A stretch of DNA of 64,000 bases from Catajapyx aquilonaris (Eukaryota): positions 1 through 64,000 of the forward strand of contig JYFJ02000746.1 of NCBI GenBank assembly GCA_000934665.2, given 5' to 3'. The position numbers and the translations under genes were made by a program. A model generated the notes under the pieces. It made no database searches, had not been told where the DNA came from, and saw nothing but the letters and a program-made list of their open reading frames with translations. Positions 44,401-56,500 of the stretch are shown here, piece after piece (position 1 is the stretch's first letter; every line of letters starts with the position of its first letter).

Positions 44401-46173
44401 AGAATGTCTTGTGAAGATGGCAGCTAAAGTCATACGGACTTTGGTCAAGGCTTTGCCGACTGAGTAAGTAGGATTTTAAAAAAAAAGAAGGATTAATCAT
44501 GTTGGTAATTTCATGTATGTAATTTGTAGGAAGCAGGCTGAAGTTGCGGAATTGTTCAGTGGAATTTTTGTGGAGGACAAAACTTGTCCACTCATTGCCG
44601 TGGATGAGGCCCAGTGGAAGTGTCTGAATCCATTGAAAAATCCAGAAAAGGAAGAGTCAAAAGGAGAACTGGTCAGTATTGCCTGCCCAATACTTTCATA
44701 GATGTACACGGCGAACTAGGGTCGAGAGAAATTTTAATTGTATGTGATATAAACAATTTGTGACCCATTCCTTTTTGTAATGCGGTGCTATAATCTTACA
44801 CACTGTTTTTCCGACGCTTTGCTCCAGGACATTTTTAGTAGTGGAAAAGTGACGTTTATATTTTCCCCTCTCCAGCTCACAATCCTAGAAGCAGCTGTCG
44901 CTTTTTTGCGACCAGACACGAACCTTCTGGGGAGAGATGTCCTATGCAAAGAGCTGTTGGCAGTTGCCCTTCAGTCCCCAAAGCCCATTGCGTCTAATTC
45001 TGCTGGGAGACTCTGGGCCACTCTAGTTAACAAGTCTCAGGATGGTAAGAGTTTCTAAAAGTATTGACAGTTCAAGTATCGCATAGTGTAACGTATAATG
45101 TACGTAGACACTATTTAGTCACTATTCTCATGTAGATGTGCTGTGGTATAAGATTATCCTGAGCCGACTTTTATTTCTTCAGAAGGATCTGTTCAGAATC
45201 ATCTCAGCAGTGTTGAATCCCAACTGTGCCAATCTTCAGATGGCAGGTCTGCCAGACTTCTGACGTGGCTCACCAAAGCCCTGGTCATGCGTGGCCATCC
45301 TGATCTCGACCAGTGGATTGCCACAATGGTCCGGATGATAACCCCAGCCTTGGCCCCAGTCGTTTCTAGTGGATTTGAAACTGTAGTGAGCGACACTGAG
45401 GAGTCCCTGAACTCCAACTGCTACTGCAACATTCGACTGTTGTACCGCCAGCGATTTTTCCTTCTGTCGATGCAACATCTCATTCCAGCGTTTCGCGCCT
45501 GTTCCGATCCAACGCTACACCCTCACTTTTTACATGCTCTCTGCTCTCAACTCCAACATCTACCTCCAGCTGTGGTTACCAGTGAGAGCCCTCAGCTGCT
45601 TCCCATCCTTATTCAGTCCTTGGATTGTGACGAAGGGAAGCGAGATCTGCATCTGGCCGGACTTAAAGCATTGGGAGATTTAATGGAGGATGCCAAATCG
45701 GCAGCAGTGGTGGAGGATCAGCTCAATGCCCTTCTTCCGAGGCTGATGGCATTGTCAGTTCATCCGTCGGGAATGAAAGTGAGGCTGGCAGCTCTGCGTT
45801 GCGTCAGGTTGTGTGCTAAGCTGACTGTGCACACCATTTATCCGCACCGAACCATGGTAACAATCATTTTGTCATTGCCGCAGTTTCTTTATAAATTTTT
45901 GGCATTTTCAGCTTGATGCAAATTCTCCCTACGTCACAGTCATACCGAGAAACACCCTGTTATGCTAACCGTACATTTATTTTAATGACATTTTGTGCAA
46001 CAGTAGAACCTAATAATAATCGAGAAGGAACTGAAACATAACTGCATATTTCTTTTCAGGTAATTGAAGGGCTGTTAAAGTGTGTTAATGATCACAAGAG
46101 ACTGGTTCGTAAGGCAGCAGTTGATGCACGGTGCGGCTGGTTTTTGTTGGGTCCAGCTGAGGAGGGAAAGTAA
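41402..46173 (+). CDS. MMS19: MMS19 cytosolic Fe-S assembly (CIA targeting complex) HEAT-repeat protein, multi-exon
   Basis: LLQVVEALGPSLTS, MDGERDPRNL, EELFEVIACYFP, TWLTKALVMRGHP, IRLLYRQRFF and C-terminal DHKRLVRKAAVDARCGWFLLG. TAA at 46171-46173. Confidence 0.96.
41600..41970. repeat. ~105-115 bp tandem repeat, about 3.5 copies, in MMS19 intron 1
   Basis: GGACCCGTTC..ACCGG.CC.CTT..TTTGAA.TGTTGATA..ACCC.TTGAAGA recurs at ~41642, 41754 and 41855. Confidence 0.85.
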
Positions 46174-46572
46174 TCACCTTTTGTATACTGTTGGATAATA
46201 AAAATCATATCAACTCAATTTGAGGCCTTTCAATAAATGTTGAGTGGAATATGTTGTGCTCAAAATACAGTGTATCGCTGACTTTGACGAGACACTCCAT
46301 GTGAATCGATGTGACTAGTCCTGTCATAATTTATGCCGGTGTCGCCTCGGGTTGGTCCCCATTCCCACTCGGGTATCGAGGACATACCAAAAGCTGCTTT
46401 GGATATAAAAAGTGACCATCAGGAATGTTTTGATTGGCGGTGCATTGGCTCTCTTTATTTCAGAACAGGCGACGAGTGTGCCCCTGGTTTTAATCGGGGC
46501 TGAAAAATAAATTATTACATTCGGCGGACCCAATTTGGGTTACAAAATGAAACAAAAAAAAATGTGATATGC

Positions 46573-47565
46573 TCAGCTGAATCCAAGCTGGTTGTTCTCA
46601 TGGGCTGTGACTCGAGGGAGCGCCCTGAAGGCAAAGGCGCATTGGACTTTACAGACGTGATCCTGAAGGATGGCCTCGGTTGTGAAGCTCTGGGCCAGCT
46701 GGTAGCAGTTGCTTATTCGCAACGACTGGCACAGAGGCTAATAGATAATTAAATTGTGTCGGATTACATCGGAAAGGTCAATTTATATGTTGATGTGCTA
46801 ACTCACCCCTTCTTTAGTACAGGTGCACATGACACATGGCGATATCCGATCAGCAGCACCAACGCCTATGCTCATGGAACCAACACCACAGTTGACTCGC
46901 TCATTCCACAAGTCGAGGTCAAGGTCAGGAATCGACCTGCATGGAACTCTCGGATTTCTGCAAATAAATTAATGGTTTGTTGACCATTTTCCATACCTAG
47001 TTGGACCAACGATACTCACAAGAATGGTTCTGGAAGATCCAGGAGGTTCCTCTGGACTGAGATGACACTGTCTGTGTTGTCGCACATGAGCCTGGCCAGC
47101 GAGACCCTCCTAATTGAGTCCAATTGAGCCTCATTAAACCGGATCAGAGGATCAACCGACTCATACCAGAACCGGTCGCATCTCCTCAGCTTCCTAAACT
47201 GCATAGCGATGATGCAAGCGAAAGTGGGTCCAACCAGTCCTCCAGGAAGAGCCGTCTCCGCAAGTCCTCCAGGGAACAGGTCAATATCATCCACGCTCTT
47301 GTACAGCTCCCTCAGCCTCTGGACCAACGCCGGACTCATCTCGCCTCCTAAGTCGGAGAAGTCTCTTGCTCTGGTCAGATTGCATAGTGCTCTGTACTGG
47401 TTGTACGGCTGTAGGGCATGGTCTCGACCTCTCTGTACGTTAAGAGCAGCCAGATCCATACCGGAAAAGGGCTGACCTCTTCGTTCAAACAGATGGTTGG
47501 TCACTTCTTCTGTTATGAAATGGTCCATTGTCTCCATCGGTGTGGTCACTAGTCCTCGAACCACC

Positions 47566-47643
<78 letters not shown>

Positions 47644-50600
47644 GAGAGTAGGTCAATACTAATCGACTGACCTCATCGACCATTCCTGCTTCGTAGAGCG
47701 CATCTGGGTTGAAGAAAGTGTCTCTGAGCTGCAAGACTGGCTGCTTTTCTCTGAGGTCGCCGTCCTTCCTGGGCAGTGCTGGTCGAAGGAGCGAGTGACC
47801 AAACCGGAAGGCGGCAGCCCCAAACTCGTTCCAGACGCTGGGGTCACACTCGGGGTCATACTCTTGGAAGTAGCCCTCGGATAGTGGCTCCAGGCCATGC
47901 TGATGGACCGCCTCCCAGCCCAAGACACGAGGAAGAAACTCTGAGAAGGTGACATGCTGGGTGATTGCGGACAGTATGCGACGTCCCTCCTGGTACAGTC
48001 TTTCGTCTGACCAATGCTTGTTCCTTTTGGACAGCTCAGTGGTCAGCCGGTTGTGTTCTCGAAGCCAAACGGTATGCAGAACAGCCAGACCAGGCTGCTC
48101 ACTAGCTCGTTGGTCACCAGCTTCGAAGCACAACCCCGACCCAGACTTACACTCTTTGTTCTGGGTCGTGGTCGGCATCAGGTCCTTTCCACGTACCGGA
48201 TGACGTGTCACGTTCAGCTTACCTCCGTTGAACGAACGTAGCTTTCGAGCTTCACACACGTCCGATCCATACGTATGTGAGGCGTCCACAAACGCTGTCA
48301 CTTGGTTCATCTGCTCACGAGGACCTGTTGGTTTGGAGCATTTTTAAAAAGATGTAACCCTCTGGGGATTCACGAGTCCTGGCCTGATTTCTTCCGCCGC
48401 TGACGTTGGGAGGAAGTGGGTGGAGCCTAACAGGCCAGGACTCGTGAATCGCATCACTTACCGAGAGTGAGCTGACCAGGAAGTGATCGTGTGAATGAGA
48501 GACAGGCTGGCTTTCCAGTTGTCTTGTTGATTGTAGGGAAGTAGTGGTCACCTGCCGGTACGGGTATGGGCCAACACTCCGGATGGACCGTTCTGGATGC
48601 ATCACAAGGTCGGCAGTCAAGGATCGAGTTTCCTGCACCTGTCATGTGTGAAACAATGTAAAAGCTGCGCTTTCTCATATAGTTCGTTGATGAGTACCTC
48701 GATTCATTGGAGTGTGAGTGAGGTCGTGATCTAACAGCTGGGCGTACTGCATGAGCATCAGTGTGTACCGTCGATGTGGAGCGCTGATGTCTCCGTGCAT
48801 TGATGTGGATACCAGACGAGGTGATGGTAGCTGCGATCCGTCTTTTGCAAGTTGTCTGGGTTTGGACAGTCCGTCCTGGTAGATCGGAGGTAGCAAACGA
48901 GCGAATGCCCTAAGAGCCTTGCCCCAATCGGCATGTCGCAGATTGTTGCACCATCCTGTCGTTGACCTGAACGGCGAGGTATGATCACAAGGAAGAGTCT
49001 GCTCATCACAAGGAAACACACGAGGAAGATCCACCACTTCTCCAACCTCGATGCTAGGAAGAGCTTCCATCAACTCACGAAGATCTCGAGGAACCACACC
49101 GCCTCTTTCACTATCCTTCAGTTCCCTATTATACAATGTAAATGTATTGTCATCCACAACTTTATAATAAACAACAATTGCGACACTTACAATACTCGGG
49201 CTGATGTGAACTGCAGAAGTAGCGATGTGTTGGAAATTAAAAGCGCCTGTCTTTTCGGTCTGTTGAATCCGGATGCTGTTCCCACAGGCGAAAGAGGATC
49301 GGCTGTTCTATCTGTAATGTGATTTACGAGCTAATAAGACATTCGTAAAATATATACCAAACAATGCAGGATGTGTATACTAACGTGACCGGAACAGCTC
49401 CCATTCTCGAATCCTGACTGCTTTGAGTTCATTCCGACCTCTTTCAACCGCGTCTCGAAGTACCTGTGGCGGAACTGTGACGTCCGGTGCGGCTGTACGC
49501 CATTTGGACAGGTCCATCCTTCTCAAGGCGTCTCCGTCGCAATGCATCGGGGCATTACTGCAGAGGATGCCCCCCGAATTACCATCAATGAAATTTTGAT
49601 TAATCACAGTCGGGCTTACAGAAAAGGATCCTCTTGAAGAAAGACACTCGGTTGAACCGATTGCAAATTGTCGCTATTGTCGCAAATTAGTCGAGCCAAC
49701 GTGACCTTCCGGATCTCATTTAGTTGATCTGTAAACCAGACAGTTTAAAAGTGTAACCTTGAAATTCGGGGGCCTGACTTACCAATAGAAAATGATGATG
49801 GTGGCAGATCATTCTCGTACCAGTAGCGATCACCACGACGAATTAAATGGAATTGTCTGCCCAGAAGACATGTGAATGTCGGACCAAGAAGTGCACCTTC
49901 CCTTGAAATTTCAGCCAATCCTCCAGTGAACAAATCCACATCATTTACTGTCCTGAAGCACAACAATATTTTAGTGTACTGCACTTATTACACATGAGAA
50001 CCCCCAAACGCACTTGTAAACTTTTTGAAGGGCCGACACTGTTTTTTGAGGTATAACATCAGCAAGTTCCTGGAATCTACTGGCTTCTGAAAGTCCGCAA
50101 AACTTTCTCCAGCGGTTGTATCCTGGAAGACCATGGTCTCGACCTTGCTGGATGATTTGAGCTGCCAGATCCATTCCGACCCCAGTCTTCGGATCTTCGA
50201 ACATTCGGTCCACCATTACATCGTTGATATACTCATCTTCTAGCTCCGCTTTACCCTTCAGGAGACCTTGGATTATCTGGTCAAGACCTCCAACATTGTA
50301 CAGATCCAGAGGAGAGTAGAAACTGTCAGACATGTTTTTCTCTCCAACCTGTATTCAAATAGGGACGAATTGATGGATGATCTTTACTACGCGGCGAAGT
50401 GGGCGGAGCCACTTCGCCGCGTAGTAAAGATCAGCCGAATTGAGGAACGATTACCATGTACTGTACTGTCAAACTGGACATACCTTTTTGCCCTTGATGT
50501 CGTAAAGATGAAGTGTTGTTGGAGCAAGTGATGCGATGAACCATAGAGCTGCAGCAGCCACCGCGTTGGCCATTCCTCCATTCATGTCAATGTCATAACC

Positions 50601-53577
50601 CGTGAAAAATCCAGATGCCTGTGTCCTCAATCCGTATTGGTCCACGGCACTGAAGCCCAGTATGACCGGAAGGAACTCTGAGTAGGTGATATGTTGAACC
50701 ATGGCTCCGACAATTCGACGTGATTCCTGGAACAACTGCTCGTCGTTCCAGTGCGGATTGATCCTGGACAACTCTCGAGACAAACGGTTGTGTTCACGGA
50801 GCCAAAGAGTGTGCACCGCAGTTACAACCACCTGCTCGTTTGCCCTCTGGTCGCCTGCTCTGAAGCAACGCTTCCCAGTGTTGGCCCCGGGGCTGACCCT
50901 GCAGTCGGCCACGCTGGTCTCTGAAGGAAGCAGCTCTTTTCCTGGACCCGGCTGACTCTTCAGGAAACCGCCTCTGAATGTCCGCAAAGTGTCCGCATCT
51001 TCTTTAGAGGAGCCGTACACCCCTGAAGCGTCCAAGTACGACGTCACCTGGTTCAGTTGCTCTCGAGGACCTGTTTGCAAGGCGATAAATTTATTCTAAG
51101 CATCACTTCGCTTGCTTTTTTCTAGGCCTGCGTCCTGCGGTGGTGAGGAGATATTGTTAATTGCCTCCCCCGTTTTTCTATTCGCCTCATTTTTAAGGGG
51201 TTACGGGAGAGACGATGGTGACTCGCCTCCCTCCAGCTAACGACTGAGGAGTTCTTACCCCCATTGCGCAGGCGCGGATTTGGGCCAATCAGAAGCGTCG
51301 CGGTAACAATACGCCCCGGGCCAATCATATGCCTCGGCCATAGAACTAAGGATTTTAATGTTATAAGATGTGAGGTCAGAGGTCATGTACCTACCTAGGG
51401 TGCAGCCGACCCGAGGTGCAATTCCTGACCTGGCGTACTCCTGACACCTGTCGCTGAACTTTGCATAGAATGGGTCACCTTCGGGCAACCTGATGGGAAA
51501 GCATTCCGGATGGTACACCTGCAGTGGTACCCCGCAGCACTTTAACCTCTGACCCTGGAACCCAGACATGGTCGGGGTGTGAGCCAGGTCGTTGGACACA
51601 AACTGTGCCCAAGTGGCTGCCAGGACCATCAGATGCGGATGGTGGTGTCGGTTCTTGGAGGTGGGATCCTCCCTGTGGATGGCCAGTGAGACTTCCCTGG
51701 CCGATGGCAGGAAGCCTCCCCCGTGGGCCTCCCGAGGACCACTTACTCCTACGCAAATAAAAGGGAAAAGTAAATCCTCCGCCCACACACACACAGAGAG
51801 ACAGAGAGAGGACTGTTAGGGGGGAAAAAAGTGGGTCTTTTTTTTACGTATATCTATACCGTCAGAGTAGTCCGGTTGCAGGAACCTGAGGTACCGGGTG
51901 TGGGCAGCGCCCCAACCTGGATTCTGCACGTTGTTGCAATATCCGTTAAAAGCACGGTAACGTCCTGGTTGACACGGGAAGTCGACCATGATGGGACATC
52001 CCTCGGAGAGGGCTGTTCCACGCACGTCTATGATGGGCAGCCCATACGCGCTCTGCTGGGAGCTCATTTTGTGCCTGTCGTGTATAGACGTAGTAGTAGG
52101 TTTTACACGCCAATTAGTGTCATACGTATATCAACCGGTCACTGAGGGAAGCCTCGGGACACGATTCTTCCTGCACTACATTTTGTTTTGGCATTAATTT
52201 CACTGCCTTGAGTGACGTTATGAAACGTGCCCCGATTCTGGAAGAATTACTTGACATAATATAACTGCTGAAGAATCCTCGTTGGTCATAGCGTGTAATG
52301 GATATGACCGGCAGGGATACCGCAGTCAAATTTATCTCACAGTAATTAATATTTTACGAATTAATTTAATCAATAACATTAATATTCATAATTCGCTAAT
52401 AATTAATAATTAACAATGCTGTAATTAGCAATAATTAACAATTCTGTAATTAATAATAAAAATAAATACCGCAATAAACAAACAATAAATAAATATCGTA
52501 ATTAATAAAGAATAATGAATAAATAAGTAATGAATATGTAATGAATAATCTTAAATAATAAATAACCATAAATAATAAATTGATAAACATAAATAATAAC
52601 TAAATCAATTAATAAATTGATAATAAAACTAATAAATAAATAACGTGATAAAACTAATAAATAAATAACGTGATAAAACTAATAAATAAATAACGTGATA
52701 AAACTAATAAATAAATAACTAATAAATTGATAATAATAAATAGTTAACTAATAAATTGATAGTAATAAATAACTAACTAATAAATTGATAATAATTAATA
52801 ATTAATAAATAGCCATTTTAATGTTGGAGTCAGCTTACTAGTGTACACAGCATTACAACTGTCATGTGGGGCTGCAGGCCAACAAACGTTATTGTGGCTT
52901 TGCCAACATTGTCTGTAGCACCCTGAACTTTACCTAGTGGACGTCCTTGCCTATTTTTTTTCACAATGCGGAATAGGACACAGACAGTTCCCATGAAAAT
53001 CGCAAATTTAATGAAGTTGCTTGTTTTTGAGCACCCCTAATTTTGGTGGGGGAATTAAGATAAAAAGAGGTACATGGTATTTACGCGGAGACAAGGTGTC
53101 TAGTGGCCTCTTCGGCCATCAGCGCGTGGAAGGAGGTGTTCTTGGATTCCGGCGTGGCTCGATGTGACACGCTCATGAACCACGACGGACTTCCTGGAGT
53201 CTGCCTGGCGCCTGTGATAATAGTCACAAATATTGATTGGAACAATGCCCATCATCATCATCACCATCGGGTATACAGTATATACCTGCGTGGTATATCT
53301 GTGGCTCCAGGTCCTCGAATCTGTGTCGGACGTCCCTGAGAGCCCTGACCACAGCCGCTGTCATCTCCCTCTTGGAGATGGTGGGCATGGTGACGTGGGG
53401 CGGGGCTGGCAGCGGGTTGATGTCCACTGCCGGATGAAGGTGCTGGGTGCTTCTTGGAGGCTGTGGTGCAGACGCATCTCGTCCATCGCACAGGCAAAGG
53501 CCCCCCAGGAAGACGACCACCCACCGACTGCACCTGTTCGGGGTCATCCAGATCGATGGTTTATTATGATGAGACAT
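46573..53577 (-). CDS. Secreted double-domain animal heme peroxidase (DBLOX/CG10211-like), multi-exon
   Basis: Signal-like N-terminus and two complete An_peroxidase units ([101 protein letters not shown]). Cys-rich tail [29 protein letters not shown] at 46573-46575. Confidence 0.93.
47566..47643. repeat. (TAT)n microsatellite inside a peroxidase intron
   Basis: About 26 units abutting the 3' splice site. Confidence 0.97.
48367..48450. repeat. Perfect 20-bp inverted repeat (44-nt spacer) inside a peroxidase intron
   Basis: GATTCACGAGTCCTGGCCTG (48367-48386) and CAGGCCAGGACTCGTGAATC (48431-48450). Confidence 0.93.
52335..52812. repeat. AT-rich low-complexity/minisatellite tract in a peroxidase intron
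   Basis: AATAAATAAATAACGTGATAAAACT x3 plus AATAAATTGATA variants. Confidence 0.85.
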
Positions 53578-56500
53578 TTCTTCATGGAAGATGGCTCATG
53601 TGCTCCAAGCTAGATCTTAATCAACCGGGGATGATTTATGGTGCTAGTAAGGCAAATATGGTTGCAAGCGGAAAATATTCGCGGGTGAATGAGCAAGTAT
53701 GGCTCGAGATTTTAACTGCATTGTGTATTCCTATAGCGATTTTTTTTTGCAGTGTAACAGTGACATAATTATGAAGGTGTAATGCATGACATAATTGTCA
53801 CACAGGCTGGACCACGAGCCATATCACAAAATTAGCTTGAATTGCATATGTTATTCGCAAGGGAATCGAATGAATCTCGTTGCGGGGGCGGTAGGGGACA
53901 TACCGACAATAGCGACAGACTTTCTCTTTTATACAATATGAGATCGACTTTAATTAAAAATCAAAACATTGAAGTGATTAATATCGTATGAATGAGTCCA
54001 GTTAATGTTAACGTGCACTATTCACCGTTGTCCGTGACATCTGCAAGGACAACCATGTTTCATCAATTGTTCCGATTGCAATAAATTATCGGGTTGGAAG
54101 AAGAAGAAAAAAATTGCTACTTTTTTTAAAACTATTTTTTCGAGCGATGAGACAATGGAAAATTAGCATGTGTGAAAGGCATGATGTACTGGTTGTAAAA
54201 CGAGGTCAAGTAATCGGTCCAGGTCACGCTTCGGCTTTTCCTTCCCCTACTCCCGCGAGAGGAGGGTGGCAATCTCCTTTTGGAAAAAAAAAAAAAATAG
54301 ATTCACATGTGTACAAACTCCTTAACATGTTTCTCATTCGTCCTCTCCCTTCCTGGTAGGTTTTTTAAAAAAAACTGGTCTTCATCCCTTGGGGGGGGGG
54401 ACCAAAAAAGTGAATAGGTGTGGGCAGGGGCAGGTTCCATTTCGTCCCAAAGATGCAGTGACCTCAATATCCGGAGAGGGCTCTTAATTTCACTGACCGC
54501 ATTCTGCCCAGGATCTCGTCACTTGACGTTTGATGACATCACCCTGCTTTTTTTTTCACCTGAGCGCAAAAAAAAGAGGGGGCTATATTCATTATTTTTA
54601 AAAAAAGGGTGGGTTCTGCCCAAAAGACTCACGAAATCCTCTCGGAAACAGTCACCTCATGTCCTTGGATGTTCCGCATATGAATTTGCATTCTTTCCGT
54701 CATTCTTCGTGCGTCTTTAATTTGAAAACGAAAGCCACTCCCGTTATGTTATTTTGGCTTATGATGGCCATAGAGGCGGCAAAAAATTTTTTTTTAAAAA
54801 AAGAAAAACTTGTGCCGGATGATGCAAGGTGAAGATCTACCCGCATTTTAAATCTGTCCCAAAAGAAGAACTGGGTCGCTTGAACTTCTAAAAATTGCAC
54901 CTTTTGTTTTCTTCTCTTTATTTAGGTGGTCACGCATGGGGCTAATCCAGTTTGTGTGGAGTCCATTTCCGTGCGCTTTCTACATTTAACTTTGACGATT
55001 GGATGTCAGGAGAAAATGGCTTAGTTATACTGTCACATTTTGCCGCAAGGTTTGATCCTTTTCCTAGATGCCCTTGTTGCCTGCGTAACTAACTGTTACC
55101 GCTGCTTTCCTCATTGCGCAATTATACCTTAGGGAAAGAGCCGTTTCTGGAAAGTGCAACAATCCGATTTAGGACGACTATAGATGACAATTTAGCGGAA
55201 GAGCGGACATAATTAGAGGATCAATTAATTACTGATTACATTACTTGCGAATATTTAGCATTATCTGATCATTGCAAGAATGACGATGTCGGTCTGTTGT
55301 GTATATGTAAAAATAACTTCAAGACATTAATAGAAATCTTGAACATTGAGAGGAATTTTCTGGAATATCACAGCGCGAATTTTGAAGGCCACGAGACATT
55401 ACAGGAATGTGTAAATTCGGCGACAACTATATTGGCGCGTAGTAGGGGTCAAATAATGTTTTGAAAACACGCAAGAGAAGGACGGTGGGTTTTTTTTTTT
55501 GTGAAGTGCGTGCGGGCCTTTTCTTTTTGGGGCTGCAGTTTTTAATGATAGCTTCTGCTGGACCCTGTGGGAAACCACGAGAGGGAAATTGGTGGGTTGG
55601 CTATGGTAATGGGGCAGGAGAGTCTTGCTTGGGCCTCACTAAGTCAGCAGAGGATCTTGCCCCAGCAACTTGACCTCAAATGGACTGGCCAGCAGCAAGG
55701 AGAGTGTGGCCATTATATACAAAAAGCTTGAAGAAGAACCACAAGACCATCCTGACGTCACCAGGTGTGGCCACTGACCCTCCCCCCCCCCCCTTTCAAG
55801 CTTGAAATACCTGGCAAACAAATTCCAACCATCTCCTGCATGCAGATCACTTCGCCAATTATTCGCCAAAAAGTGCAAGCAAAGCCAGGAGATGTACCGA
55901 TTGATTAGATTTAAAAGGTGGGAATTTTCCTTCAATTGATCCTTCTGTTCGTCCTCGCTGGAAGGCAACGGGACTCAAGGTCGACTGCATCCTCCTCAAT
56001 TGCTGCCTCATCATGATGCATTTTTCTTACAAGAATTATTTGGCGTAAAGCTCGCCGCTGAAGGTTTTCCAGAAAGCGACCGTGACAATATCGGTAAATA
56101 AGAACACGGGGTTTAAATTATTTTTGCGAAGGTCGGTCATTATAACTGGTTTTGCAATATTTTATACTATTGCAGGTTTTGCAAAAAAATTTGATTGCAA
56201 TTTTAGTATATGATTAAGGAAAATCAGCAGATTGTTCTGTTGAAATAAATATTCGACACATTAACACATATTGAAATTTTAGTTTGTTTAGTCTCAATGG
56301 AAATGAATGATTGTATTAAAATTAAAGTCGTGTTGACTTTCATAATATTGTTCATAATATTGGTGCCAAATTTATTGACCAATTTCTATGATAAGCGTCG
56401 CGAATAATCATGCAAGAGACGCAACTTCTTACTTAATATTTTTAATGTAGGTCAAGAGCCGATTATTAAAAGGCGCTGCAACTTTATCCGCCTCCCAAAA

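Noticed and set aside
35431..53577. Iron/heme functional cluster (COX15, MMS19, heme peroxidase)
   Set aside because: Different compartments and pathways, mixed orientations and no shared regulatory signal seen; ancestral linkage or chance is a sufficient explanation.
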